From contig BAAIJX010000006.1 of assembly GCA_054600435.1 (NCBI GenBank), positions 496,001 through 560,000 on the forward strand: a stretch of DNA of 64,000 nt, given 5' to 3'. This document shows positions 49,051 to 60,648 of the stretch, in pieces. Both the position numbers and the translations under genes were made by a program. The stretch comes from Neophaeotheca triangularis (lineage: Eukaryota). Each line of letters starts with the position of its first letter. The stretch's first letter is position 1. A model generated the notes under the pieces. That model was given only the letters and a program-made list of their open reading frames with translations, did no database searches and had not been told where the DNA came from.

Positions 49051-50616
49051 GCATGGAGGAGGCGGGGTTTTCAAGGTTTTGTTTTGCCAAATGGACGCGC
49101 GGTTTTACCCCAAGGGGGACTCGAGTGTTTAACAAGTGTGGTTTTGAGTCGGTAATTGGGTGTTGGGGGTTTTGCTTACTCCATACTGCATTAGGAGGAA
49201 AGGGTTCCTTGATTTTTTTTTCTTCCTCTCTTTCATTGATAAATTCACCAAATGCTTCGGGATTTAACTGCAAGTGCAACACTCCCGTATCAGGATAACC
49301 CGCTAGAATGGCAGGGGTCTAGGAAATAGGGGGAAGGACGAAAACGAGTTCTCATTGAAAGGGTCGTCTTTGACTCGGCCTACTGATTAATTAATTAGCA
49401 AAAATCGAAAAAACAGAGAAAAAAAAAATAACAAGAGAAAATGGTCATGCATGTCTAAGGCCGCTACGTGCATGTTATGTTATGTCTTTTTCTTAGAAAA
49501 AGGAAACCTTACCTTGAAGTCTGTACTCAGTGCCGTGGAATCTATGGTCTGCGAGCGTGTGGCCCCAAGTTTTTGTGCCGTACCAAAAATACAACTTTCA
49601 AATCAAAGTGTACGCGGATCGAGAGCGGCAAGGGGCAGGTAGGCATAGTGCGTACCTAAATCCGAAAAGAGAAAGAAAAGAGAAACCGGTGAGCTGACAG
49701 TGTGCAAGTGAAAGCGGCAATAGGTACACTAAGGTACGGTATGGTACGTCGGGCTATGAGTACACACGTACGTATGTACAAGCAACCGTGCAAGAGTAGG
49801 GCTGGCCATTCGAGACCTGTACCACTCCTCCTCTTGAGTGGCTCGTGGTCTCCGCGACCGCCGCACCGTTTCGACTACGTACAAAACCCCCCTAACCTAG
49901 CAAGCTCTCATCGCTCTCGTCTCTCCTTCCTTCACCAGCACCATCTCCAGCCACCTCTTCACCGTTCTTTCCCTACCCCGCTATTCGCCCTTTCGACTCG
50001 ATCCATCCTCCACCAAAACCAGCCATCCCTCCTCCACGCCTTGTCTTCCAGTATAGAGTGGGGATGTAAAGTGCGCACCATGACAGATGCAAGGGGTGTG
50101 TGTAGGAGTTTCCGAAAACGCCGAATCAAAACATCCCAGCCCGAAAACAACAAGAGCAACAACAACAAGCAGGGAGGTATCAAACTCCAGGCAAATGCGG
50201 ATTCAAAATGGGAAGGGGCGTGCATGCAAAAAAGACCGGAAAACTCCTGGCTAAAGCCGAAAATGCCGAAGCCCGAGACCACCATGCGTGCGTGATGAAA
50301 GGAAACAAAGCAGGCTAACTGAACACGCAAATGCGAGGCGTCTTTTCACCGCAAAGATGCTCGACAGAAACAAAGGGGGTGCGGTCGCCTCTGTAGTAGT
50401 GGACAACGCTGGTGACGGGGTCGTATGTGGCATCGGGCGGGCGTCCAAGGGGTCAGAGCTGGAGGGGTCGAGGGTTCCTCAAAGCTTCCATCCAATCATA
50501 GCCCCGAAAAGAATACCACTGAGGATCAGTGAAGCACTGAATTCATGCCCGATGCTGCAACAGATCACCGCCAGAACGAAACCCGAAAACACCACTACAG
50601 AGGCCGGGACAGCGAG

Positions 50617-52587
50617 CTACGCAGGCGGCGGAGGCGGCCGACTACTACTCGGTCCATGCCCTGGTCCCTCGAGCGGCGTTCCTGCAGGCGCTGGTGGTGG
50701 AGGTGGATACCCGTCATCCGGCCCTATAGGATCGTATTCGTCGCCGTACTCGTCGTCGTCGTAGTATTCGTCGCCATCGACAGGTGGCGGAAGATTCGGA
50801 TCGTAATGAGCGTCATCGGCACCGGCGGCGTTGTTTTGGGGGGTGGCAGGGTTGTTGTTGTTGTTCTTGTTCTTACCGCCCTTCTTGCCTTTGCGATTCT
50901 TCATTTTGGCTTTCTCTAACAAACGACGCTTCTCGGCTGCTTTCTTGCGCTCCTGCCTATCCTTGATCTCGTACGCACGTATAAGGGCAAGCGGCGGCTC
51001 TCCAAAGATGGTCTCGTATTCGCAGAACTCGCATATCCACATATTGTCTTTGGTCGGGCGGTGATGGTAGTTCTGGTACTCTTGCTGCAACTTGCGCTGT
51101 CGAGCGGCAAGCTCGTACTCCTTGCTGGGACGACGGCGTGGCTTCGGCTTTGGGGCCGGAGGAGGCGCAGGCTGACCAGGTGCGTTGGTATTGGGGGGAG
51201 GCGGTGGACGTGCGGTTGCGCCAGCTTGCCCGCCACGGAGTGAAGGGGTCGTTTGCGTGCCTTGAGTGGCCATCATTCCCTTGGCTGCCGGATGTCCATT
51301 AGCGCGTGCACCAGGTGTAGGAGTCCCATACGAGGCCACCGCGGCGTGCTGATCCACCATCTTGCTTGCACTTTCAGACTCACAGCTAAAGGTAAACTGA
51401 GTCTTGGGTGTGGTCGAGCTAGACGCGGATTGCTGCAAAAGGGAGATGTTCTCTTTGCCCTTTTGAGGCGTAAGCGGGCCTTGTTCGGCGGCAGTTTTGA
51501 TTGCCTGGGAAATGATGCCGTCTGTGGAATCCATGCTAGACACTTCTTCTGGAAGGTGCGATTGGGTCAGCCCGACAGAACCTTCACTAGAAAGCTCTGG
51601 CTCTGAAATACCTTGCGACCGCTTTCCAAAGTTGACAGTATTCATGGAGCCGCTACCCAGCGGACGTCGCTCATTCCTGCTGTTCTGCCGACCATACCTG
51701 CCCCTTCCAGCACCACTGATGCCTGTCCCACCTGGTGAAGACATAGGGGCGTAGTGCTGCCCGTACGCCACGTCACGCCCGTCTCCACCCCCTTCCCCCT
51801 GACTAATTCCCATGTTCGCCATCTCCGCACTCAATTGACTCTGATGCATGCTCGAAGCGCTTGAAAGCGGAATTTTGCGCTTCTTCTTGTTGCTGGTATT
51901 CTCGAAACTTTCGTACCCATCTGCAGAGGATGCTGCGGATCCCGGCGGTGGGGGCTTGGTAGGCACGCGGGAGGCTTCGAGCGGACTACGCTGTCCATAG
52001 TCGGGAGGCCTTACCTTGCCATTTGCATCTGCGACAACTGCGCCATTGGTGCTGTAGCGGTAATCGGGATGATCGAACTCCACCTCTTCGTCACCGCTGT
52101 CGGCATGATCATGGTCGCATGTGCAGTGATGGTGGTGAACGGGCTCTTCGTACTGGTAACGATGCGCAAGACCGTTCGGTTGCCTGCCAACCAAGGTCCC
52201 CGGTTCTTGGACTGTGAAGCTCAGTGGCGGTGGCATTGGCTGGGGATCTGGCGGGTAGACTATTGAGGACCGCTGCTCAGGCGAGAGCTTGGAGTTGAGT
52301 TTGCTTTTTGGAAGGGGACGGATGGCCCGCTCGGGGTAAATTGGAGATGACGTGTCAGGTGAGCGGGCGATGGAAAGGGACGAGGATCGAGAGTAGCCAT
52401 AGTCTGCAAACGCTCGCTTGTCAGCCTCCATCCAAACTTCCATCTCACGAAACGCCTGGTCTGCCGCCCGCTTGTAGCTACTATCGCACGTGCTGCCAGG
52501 GAGTGTTTCTTGTCCAGCTGTATCGCCCCCGTGACCTTCGTTGTCAGGCTTTGTGGTGATGGAAGTCCTACCGGCAGTGGTAGCCAT
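50617..52587 (-). CDS. Conserved fungal hypothetical protein with C-terminal CxxC motif (WICEFCEYETIFGEPP); probable in-frame intron 51611-51549
   Basis: 656-codon ORF with an in-frame stop just upstream of ATG 52587. Conserved-looking blocks PIYPERAIRPLPK, DGYESFENTSNKKKRKIP (NLS-like) and KTQFTFSC, followed by a basic coiled coil. Confidence 0.85.
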   Translation of the reverse strand: MATTAGRTSITTKPDNEGHGGDTAGQETLPGSTCDSSYKRAADQAFREMEVWMEADKRAFADYGYSRSSSLSIARSPDTSSPIYPERAIRPLPKSKLNSKLSPEQRSSIVYPPDPQPMPPPLSFTVQEPGTLVGRQPNGLAHRYQYEEPVHHHHCTCDHDHADSGDEEVEFDHPDYRYSTNGAVVADANGKVRPPDYGQRSPLEASRVPTKPPPPGSAASSADGYESFENTSNKKKRKIPLSSASSMHQSQLSAEMANMGISQGEGGGDGRDVAYGQHYAPMSSPGGTGISGAGRGRYGRQNSRNERRPLGSGSMNTVNFGKRSQGISEPELSSEGSVGLTQSHLPEEVSSMDSTDGIISQAIKTAAEQGPLTPQKGKENISLLQQSASSSTTPKTQFTFSCESESASKMVDQHAAVASYGTPTPGARANGHPAAKGMMATQGTQTTPSLRGGQAGATARPPPPPNTNAPGQPAPPPAPKPKPRRRPSKEYELAARQRKLQQEYQNYHHRPTKDNMWICEFCEYETIFGEPPLALIRAYEIKDRQERKKAAEKRRLLEKAKMKNRKGKKGGKNKNNNNNPATPQNNAAGADDAHYDPNLPPPVDGDEYYDDDEYGDEYDPIGPDDGYPPPPPAPAGTPLEGPGHGPSSSRPPPPPA

Positions 52588-54237
52588 GCTTGTGTGTCCT
52601 TCTCAGTGCAAAGCTGCTGTGGTGCGGGTATCCAACTTGTTTCCTAGCGGCCACCCAGAATGGTACGTATGCTGCAACTGCAAACTCGGCAGTGTTAGCC
52701 AGGTGGTCTCGCCGCCGGACGCAATCAGCCTTGTGAGCAGGGTCGAGTTGGTGAAAACTGACTTGGGAGGTTTCTGCACTTGCGCAAATCCAAGGGAATG
52801 TGGTGGTGATGTTGAGGTAGGGTGGTAGAGTGCGCAAGTAAGTCGTGGACGTCAACTAATCAAGGTAGAAGGGACATATCGCTCGCTGTGGCAGGTGACA
52901 AATCCGAACTTCCGCCGGCTTTCGACGACCTCATCTCCTCCCTACCTCCTTTTGCGGATCCTTGGCCAACGACACACTCTACTCCTGAGTCATTATACCG
53001 CTGCACTCCTCTTTCAATAATGGGAGTTTTATCAATCGATTTAGCCATCAATTGAAATTCACTTTCTACCAGAAGCAGTTTGGATAACAAGATAGGCGCC
53101 CTATTGACATCCTTTGTTTCTCCATTGGCCGAGACTTTGAATGGCCGAGTCACTCAAGACTGCCTCGCAGCGAAACACTTGGCTGAATCGCCGGACTTAT
53201 CATCTCCTGACTCTGCCTACTCTTTGAAGAAGTTAGACACTCCCATCAAGCGTAGACTTCGCGAAAGCGGGTGGCAATCTTCAAGAAGGTAGCTACGGCT
53301 GGATGAACGCCGCGAAAAGCCTCAGACGTCCATTCGAACAGCGACGACGAGAAAGAACCGCGCTCTCCCAAACACATACTAGCCTCGACCTTTCTCGTCT
53401 CGTCGCTCTGATAAGCTCGCTCCCGGTCTTCTTTGTATAGCTCAGATCAACATCTCCATGTGGTTTCATCCCTTGCGCTCGACGACTCTAGGGCAACGCT
53501 GCGTCTCGGCTTCTTAATGCAAGAGCATCTGCTTGTCGTGCTGCTCGCTCAAGTCTCTACGTTTGCACCAAACTCAGCGAGTTCCAGGTAGGTATTCGTC
53601 CCGGAGTGCTCTAAGGGCTCCTCGCCAAACCAGCCCCTAAACTGAGAAGCCGGACTGGTTCTGCGCCCTTCAGGGAGGCCCTCGCAAGAGAACATCTGGC
53701 TGGACCAAGCCTTGAGCTTGTGGGTCTGACGCCGTAGTTTCCTTGCCCACGAAGAAGTGTCGATGATGTTCTCGCCTAACCAGGACCGGTTTAGAGCATT
53801 AGCAGCAACACTGTCGATTTCTCTTCGTCCATAGAGGCTGCACCGATGTTGAAAGCGCAGGGAAACGTCTTCGTAAACGCCTCCTAGTTTAGGTGGTAGC
53901 GAGAAAAATTTGTAGAGTTGTAATTCCCTGTCAATAACCTTGACAAGGCAGCATAGTCAAAGAGCTAAAGTTGTTACGGTGCGGTGTATCTAGCTAGGGG
54001 GTAGCAAGAACAAGGAAACTTCTTTGCATTTGCTACCTATGAAAACGATCCCGCCCTTACTATACTGTGCTGATTTCTAGCCACGTGTGGCGGTAGAGTC
54101 AAAGTCTAAGACCTCATGCTGCGAACGCCCGAAGAGTGCTCTTATTAGATTATATTGTTTCGGTGCGATAAGACCAAAAGCCAAAGTATCCGTATTGTAC
54201 ATACCAGATAGTACGCAAAAACGAAGAAGCTAATTGA

Positions 54238-54246
54238 TCACGTGAC
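54238..54246. promoter_or_regulatory. Palindromic E-box TCACGTGA with nearby ACGCG core in a probable bidirectional promoter
   Basis: TCACGTGAC at 54238 and GACGCG at ~54266, about 200 bp upstream of the pol eta ATG. Confidence 0.35.
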
Positions 54247-54443
54247 TTCGCGTAGCTCCGTGCGTGACGCGCTTCCGCCCCCCTCTACGGATGCCCATGA
54301 CCTTACAACCATATCTCTCTATCACTCTCGAATGTAATTGCTTAATATTTCAAAGGGGTTTGCACTCCCCATGGCTCGTGGGAACGAGATTGCTCCTGAA
54401 GACTCGACGTAGTACACCATGTCATGAAACAACAAGGGAAACC

Positions 54444-56525
54444 ATGTCGTCCCAACCTTTCGCCTCATCGCCAACATCGCCGAATACTCGAAGAGTCAAG
54501 AAGAGCCACTTTACGTACAAGCACCTCTCAACGCTCGCCAACTCATCAACGAGCTGTCCGTTACGCGTAATAGCCCACTTAGACCTCGACGCTTTCTACG
54601 CTCAATGCGAGACGGTACGGCTAGGAATCGATCCGACGAAGCCACTCGCGGTCCAGCAATGGCAAGGTCTCATAGCCATCAACTACCCTGCGCGCGATTA
54701 CGGTCTGAACCGGCATGTCACCATCACCGAAGCCAAGGAGAAATGCCCGGACCTCATCTGTCAGCATGTTGCGACATGGAAGGAGGGCGATACACAGTGG
54801 AGTTATTCGGACAACGCTTTCAAAGAGATGGCTACGAGGAAAGTAAGCTTGGATCCATACAGGCTGCAAAGTAGAAGGATCTTGGCTCTGATCAAAGAGT
54901 GTCTGCCTTTGGACAAGCAAAAGGTGGAGAAGGCTAGTATAGATGAGGTGTTCCTAGACCTATCCGCACAAGTGCACGCTATTCTTTTGGAAAGATACCC
55001 CGAGCTGCAAGGCCCTGCGCCGTATGATGATCCCTCTGAGCCGCTTCCAAGGCCACCGACTACAGCACTGGACTGGGCTGCGGATGCACTCGTCGATCTT
55101 GATGGCTCAGAAAGAGAAGAGGATGATCCGGACTGGGATGATATCGCCATGCTCATCGCATCAGAAATTGTTCGCGATGTCAGAAAGGCGATCTTCGAAA
55201 AGCTCCACTATACGTGCTCGGCTGGCCTCTCGCGCAACAAGATGCTCGCAAAGCTGGGCTCTGCTCATAAGAAACCCAACAGCCAGACTGTCGTTCGCAA
55301 CAGAGCCGTCCAGCACTTTTTATCCGGCTTCAAATTCACCAAGATCCGCAATTTGGGCGGCAAACTAGGAGACGAGATTGTAGCTGCCTTCAACACCGAC
55401 ACAGTGGCGGAATTGCTCGCCATACCGGTCGAGCAATTTAAGAGGCAGATCGGCGACGACACTGGCGCGTGGCTGCACAGCATCATTCGGGGCGAGGATC
55501 ACAGCGAGGTGAACCCACGAACAGCCATCAAAAGCATGCTGAGCGCCAAGTCATTCCGGCCCAGTATCAACAGCATGGATGTGGGCTGCAAATGGCTCAG
55601 AATTTTTGTTGCGGACATCTTCAGCCGCCTTGTCGAGGAAGGCGTTTTAGAGAACAAGCGCCGCCCCAAGACGATAAATTTACATCACAGGCAAGGCGCG
55701 CAAACCAGGAGCAAGCAATCGCCTATACCAATGGGTCGCGCAATCACTGAGGATGGCCTCTTCGAGTCAGCAAAGACCCTACTCACTCAGGTCGTGGTCG
55801 AGGGCCGGGCATGGCCTTGCGCAAATTTGAGTCTAAGTGTCGGGGGTTTTGAAGATGGTATCACTGGAAACAAGGGGATCGGAGGTTTCTTGGTGCGTGG
55901 TGATGAAGCCAAGGCGCTCAAAGAAGGTCTGGCTAGAGAGGACTCGGGCGAGGGAAGACCGGAGACGCCACCCCCGAGCAAAAGACGGAAGACTGGGGAT
56001 AAAGGGATAACTAGCTTCTTTGGTGTGCCGCGACAGGAAGGCAGCGATGCAGCAGACCAACAGCATGCTGAGGATGCTAAGCATATGGAGATCACTGAAA
56101 TGGATGCCGAGACTCACGACCCTACCGAACAAGCTCAACAAAGTACAGAGCTTACCCTATCCACCGCGCCTCCACCCTCAGCTCAAGCATCCCCAAATCA
56201 GGACGAGTCGGCCGCCTACAACAACACGAAGGCCTCCGAAATCGACCACGAGACATACATCTGCCCAGATTGCAGCAAACCCATTCCCACAGAAACAAAA
56301 GCCGAACACGAAGACTTTCACTTCGCTCAAAGCTTGCAAGAGGAGCAGTCGAGCCCGCCGCATCGCCCGCCGTCTAAGCCCCTTCCTCCGATGGCATCCG
56401 CTAGGCCTGCGAATCACGGGGCTAGTGGAAGTCGGGGTAAGGGGAGAGGGAGAGGGAGGGGAAGACCGCCTGCATCCGCGACGTATGGTGCTGAGAAGGG
56501 ACAAAGGAAATTGGGTTTTGGGTGA
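54444..56525 (+). CDS. rad30: DNA polymerase eta (Y-family translesion polymerase), intronless
   Basis: HLDLDAFYAQCE, AVQQW..LIAINYPAR, ASIDE catalytic motif, CSAG...NKMLAKL, IRNLGGKLG, PIP-like GITSFF and UBZ finger CPDC...HEDFH. Confidence 0.96.
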   Translation: MSSQPFASSPTSPNTRRVKKSHFTYKHLSTLANSSTSCPLRVIAHLDLDAFYAQCETVRLGIDPTKPLAVQQWQGLIAINYPARDYGLNRHVTITEAKEKCPDLICQHVATWKEGDTQWSYSDNAFKEMATRKVSLDPYRLQSRRILALIKECLPLDKQKVEKASIDEVFLDLSAQVHAILLERYPELQGPAPYDDPSEPLPRPPTTALDWAADALVDLDGSEREEDDPDWDDIAMLIASEIVRDVRKAIFEKLHYTCSAGLSRNKMLAKLGSAHKKPNSQTVVRNRAVQHFLSGFKFTKIRNLGGKLGDEIVAAFNTDTVAELLAIPVEQFKRQIGDDTGAWLHSIIRGEDHSEVNPRTAIKSMLSAKSFRPSINSMDVGCKWLRIFVADIFSRLVEEGVLENKRRPKTINLHHRQGAQTRSKQSPIPMGRAITEDGLFESAKTLLTQVVVEGRAWPCANLSLSVGGFEDGITGNKGIGGFLVRGDEAKALKEGLAREDSGEGRPETPPPSKRRKTGDKGITSFFGVPRQEGSDAADQQHAEDAKHMEITEMDAETHDPTEQAQQSTELTLSTAPPPSAQASPNQDESAAYNNTKASEIDHETYICPDCSKPIPTETKAEHEDFHFAQSLQEEQSSPPHRPPSKPLPPMASARPANHGASGSRGKGRGRGRGRPPASATYGAEKGQRKLGFG

Positions 56526-57358
56526 TGGGGTGGATTGGTGGGCTGGGGTTTGACCACTATGATTAGACACGTCTTGCTGCGGGAACCTGGATGTAAAGGG
56601 GAGAGCTCCGGTGATACCGGCTTCCTTGCTTGGCAGAGGAGAGCGCATGGAAAGCCCTCGTCGTTTCGTCTTCGAGGATCTCCGTTGGCGATAAGAGCAG
56701 GGCACGGTGCCGAGCTTTTGGATATCGAGACATGGTCTTCGCTGGGTTGAAGACGCGCAATGCGGTGGAAAAATGTGCGTGGTCCCAGCATCAGTATTAC
56801 AGTACACTCCGAAGAATATACTCACCACTCAGTAGTATCTAGGCTACGAGAGCAGGTCAGTGGCAGTCAAAGAAACTGTTGGTGATAGGGGAGCGACAGC
56901 TACGTATTCCCAGCATCCCAATAACGAGCTGGAATTTTCATACCCAGTCGGTCAATGGAAGTTTTCGAGATCGAGTCGTAGCCTTTGCTGCGGGTTCATG
57001 TGAGTGAGACTGGAGTTTAGAATATCTCAAGACAATAAGCTTCTCCGCATCCCTTGGTGTTCGTTAACAACGCTCCTTTGTCTGTTCACACAACCGTATT
57101 CATTGCCATTGCCCCAGCCCTGCCTCATGCGGCGACGGGGACTCCGTGGCTAGACAAGGGTTAGGGTTACAAGTGAGGCTTGGCTGCGGGAGGGCCCGAG
57201 AGCCGCGCACTCAATAATGACTGGAGGGGCACAATAATACCTAGGCAAGTGAGAAAGGTTCAACCTTACTAGTCCCTCTTCCTACACTTGATCAGCGCAG
57301 AATAGCATGCAAACCTTCACAACAACCAAACTTAGCAACAGCAGCAGCATACAACACA

Positions 57359-59538
57359 ATGCAAGTGCCAGATCAGCTCTATCAAAGAAACCCGGCGAGA
57401 GGACCAGCTTCGGCTTCGCAGCAAACTAGGGCGCGCAAGGCAAGGGCGGCCCGCAACAGAAGGACTGCCGAAGCGAAACGGCCTGTCGAAGAACAGCCAA
57501 TCAATACCACTACCGAATCCCACACTGCAGACGGTCAGCCTGGTTTGGTGGAAGCCTCAGCCAGCCCGATGGAGCCATCCCAGCAAGCGCCCGAGCCCAC
57601 GACCGTTTCCGGAGCCGCAGCCGCGCCCGAGACAATGGAATGCATTGGCGAAGGCACGCATGGGCCAGAAGACGCCAACAGCCACAGCAGCAACATGACC
57701 GGATCCGGCGATCTCGCAAGCTCGAGCATCCTTCTTTCTGATTTCGTCACAAAGAGCATCTACGAAACCACAAACAGTAAGTCTTCCCTCTCTGCCCCCT
57801 TCCCACCCCCCTTCACACCTCATGTCCACTACATTCCCCTCTCCCACGCGCACTGTCGCCGCCGCCGCCGCTGCCGCCGCCCACGAAGCAACATCACCAC
57901 CGCCCCGCGCATGTCGCATATCCATTCGCATTGCAAACTGACACCATGTCATTATCACCAGATCACCAAACTGCCCGTCTCCACAAATTGCTCCGCGATA
58001 AAGATGCCGAACTACAGGAATCTGAGGCCAAAGGCTATGACCTCCAAGCTAAGCTCGATGACACTGAAAGCCTCCTCACGAGCTACAAGACAAAGGAGTC
58101 CCAACTTCGTCATGAGAAGGAGGCTATGGAGACCGAAATTCAGACGTACAAAGAAGGCTGGTCCCTGACCGCCAAGGACGACGAGGGCAAGCCTCTCACC
58201 GGTCGCAGATACCTCGAGAACATGATGAAGCGCGAGACACAGCTCAAAGGCGCGGCGGAGAAAGAGCTAAAGGGTATGAAGAGAACGCTCGAAGAGCTGA
58301 ACACTGACGCCGTGGGCATGAAGGAAACGATAGTGGAGTGTAAGAACAGAATCACGGAGCTCGAAGCATCCGAGAAGCAACAAGCCCGAGAGCGTGCCGC
58401 CGAGCGGGAGCAAGCTGCCAGCGACCTCGAACTCGCCACGGATTTGGGAGACAGAGCTCTCAGCGACACTAGACTTATCAACGCCGAGCTGGAGAAGATT
58501 TACGGCGACATGTACAAAGGCCAGTCGATTAAGGACTACCTGGAGCTCATTCGCAAGGACCACATGAACGCTAAGCGTCAAGATTCCACGACCAGCCTAC
58601 CATACTACGGCGACGCGCAACGCTCCCCGCGTAACAGGGACGTCTCCAACAGGAGTATGGAGGAAGAACTAGCTGGATCAGGGCACGGTGAGGAGAGCGA
58701 AGGCGAGGAGGTTGAGGGAGACGCCCCTCTGCCCATCGACGAAGAATACATACCACCCCCGACGACTCCTCCGGCCACCAACGAGCCCGTAAAGCAAGGA
58801 TCCGAGCTCGCCGCCAAGAGCCCCGCCTCCTTCGCCAGCGACGACCAACCGGTGGAAGACACCGAGGAGGCCGCCATGGCGGACCTCATCGCCAAGGTCT
58901 CGGCGTCCCCGGCAAAGAGCACTATCAGGGGCCCCAAGAGGGGGTACCCTCTCGCTGACATCTTCTCCGCGCCGCCCACCCAGGAACCGGAAGGGGCGGA
59001 CGTGCCGCTCCCCGAGGTCACGGATCCGGAGCTGGCGGAGGGCGCGGGCGTACCGTTGCCCGAAGCCACGGATCCGGAGCTGGTGGAGGTTGCGGAGAAG
59101 GAGGGGGAGAACCTGGGGTTCTCGGGGCTGATGATGACGGAGGTGGTGCCGGCCCCCGGGCCGCAGACGGAGCCGGAGGTGGTGGAGGTGGTGAAGGAGG
59201 TGGAGGTGGTGAAGGAGGTGGAGGTGGTGAAGGAGGTGGAGGTGGTGAGGGAGGTGGAGGTGGTGAGAGAGGTGGAGGTGGCGAAGAGGGTGGAGGTGGC
59301 GGTGGTGCCGCGATGGATGTGGGTGGTGGCGGCGCTCCTCTTCGCCGTCATGTCCGGCCTCGCGTTCCAGGCCTGGTCCGAGCGCCAGGCCTGGCTCGAC
59401 GCCAACATCGCCGGGGACCGCATGATCGCCATGATGGGTCCTCGCGGTGGCGTCGGGGAGTGGGGCCTGCGCGGCGGCGGAGAAGGGTGGCCGTGGCTGG
59501 AGAAGCTGCTGGGCATCGATCGCAAGATGCCCGGCTGA
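57359..59538 (+). CDS. Hypothetical coiled-coil protein with internal repeats and a C-terminal transmembrane helix; intron 57777-57961
   Basis: A GTAAGT...ACTGAC...CAG intron joins the 57359 and 57931 ORFs in phase 1. The protein has a heptad-rich region, an acidic linker, EVVKEV repeats and a TM segment WMWVVAALLFAVMSGLAF. Confidence 0.75.
59176..59300 (+). repeat. Coding 18-bp minisatellite (GAGGTGGTGAAGGAGGTG-like, EVVKEV)
   Basis: About six degenerate copies read directly. Confidence 0.9.
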
Positions 59539-60648
59539 GAGCATCATTGTCGAGCACGCGCGACGATGCACTCTCGGGACGCACGTTCGCTCGTCGGAGG
59601 CGCAAAGGCCCTGGTACCGGCGATAGCTAGTGCCTAGGGCTGAAGGGGGCCGTCACCTTTCGCGTCCTTTGGGCCGGAAGCGAACGGTTCCCGCGCGCCG
59701 TGTGCGTTCCCGGGAGTCTGTCTATTATTCGCGAGCATCGCCAGGGCGAAACCGCTGTTGCTGAGACCTGGGGGAGGGGGCTCTTTTTATAAAAGGGTTT
59801 CTTCCAACCGGGTCGAATTTAGCGACGCGACGTTCTGCGCTTGCTTGTGGACTCCTTGTAGCGGGAAGCGAGGAATACGGGGGAAGACTTGTCCTATGGG
59901 CGGTCGACTTCGTTCCTTTGCTGGGGCTTTGGGGTCTGCTGTGCTCGTTTTGATGACTCTGAGGCTTGGTTTGCGTGGGTTGCTGTCTTTCTTGTCTTTT
60001 TTCGTGGGTGGGTGGGTTTGTTTAGGCGTCAGACACGGAAAAGATACCCTTGGAATGAATGCAAATGCGATGTTTTACGAATGATTTGTGTGAGATGTTT
60101 TCTCAATTACTGTGCTTTCCTTTGGGGGGACGTGTCTTGAGTTGTGTTCGACTACACTTGCGATGACACGTTGCGTGTCTCGTAGAGAGAAGGAGAGAGA
60201 CAGTTTCGCCTTTTCAATGCCCAAGTCAGACGCACGGCTTTTGTAGATCCGCCAGCTTGGGATTCGACTACCAGAATCTGGAAACGTTTGAGTCTGAATG
60301 GTCGGTCGGTCCCTTGTTCTGTCATCGTATTTACAAGTTTCCGCAGCATGGAAAACCCTGGCTTAGCCCAGCTTAACCGCTCTCCCTATGTGTGTGGCAG
60401 AGACCACGAGCTACGTCTTGTGCCGTTTGGCCATCTGGTGGTGTTGACCTAGAAACAAAAAAACAAAACCGCAACGCCCCTGCAGAGTCCAGGTTTTCCT
60501 CTGCTCCCGTCCCATCCCGAGGTATCGCTGAGCACGCAGACACTACGAAAGATTTTTTAAAAAAACAAACCCTCAACCGACCACAGGTGTTCCCCCCCCC
60601 ACCCAAACACGTCCAAGCCCATATCCTTTTCCGGAGCGCGTCAGCCAA

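Noticed and set aside
52860..54200. Telomerase RNA as the identity of the structured segment (the minus strand has TTTTTCTCGCT, as in the vertebrate pseudoknot loop, and an ATAAGT hexamer)
   Set aside because: No TAACCCTAA-type template on either strand and no Sm site beside the ATAAGT. The same TTTTTCTCGCT also occurs at ~20102-20112, and the candidate pseudoknot pairings rely on CTACC/GGTAG words that are common throughout this DNA.
54444..56525. Eso1-type pol eta/Eco1 acetyltransferase fusion
   Set aside because: The ORF ends shortly after the UBZ finger with no acetyltransferase domain; this is a stand-alone pol eta.
57157..57169. AGGGTTAGGGTTA as a telomerase RNA template
   Set aside because: The intergenic gap is only ~800 bp and a template-strand transcript would run into pol eta. 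More likely a telobox-like promoter word or chance.
58605..59571. His/Leu- and Thr/Ser-repeat ORFs on the minus strand
   Set aside because: Antisense translations of the EVVKEV minisatellite.
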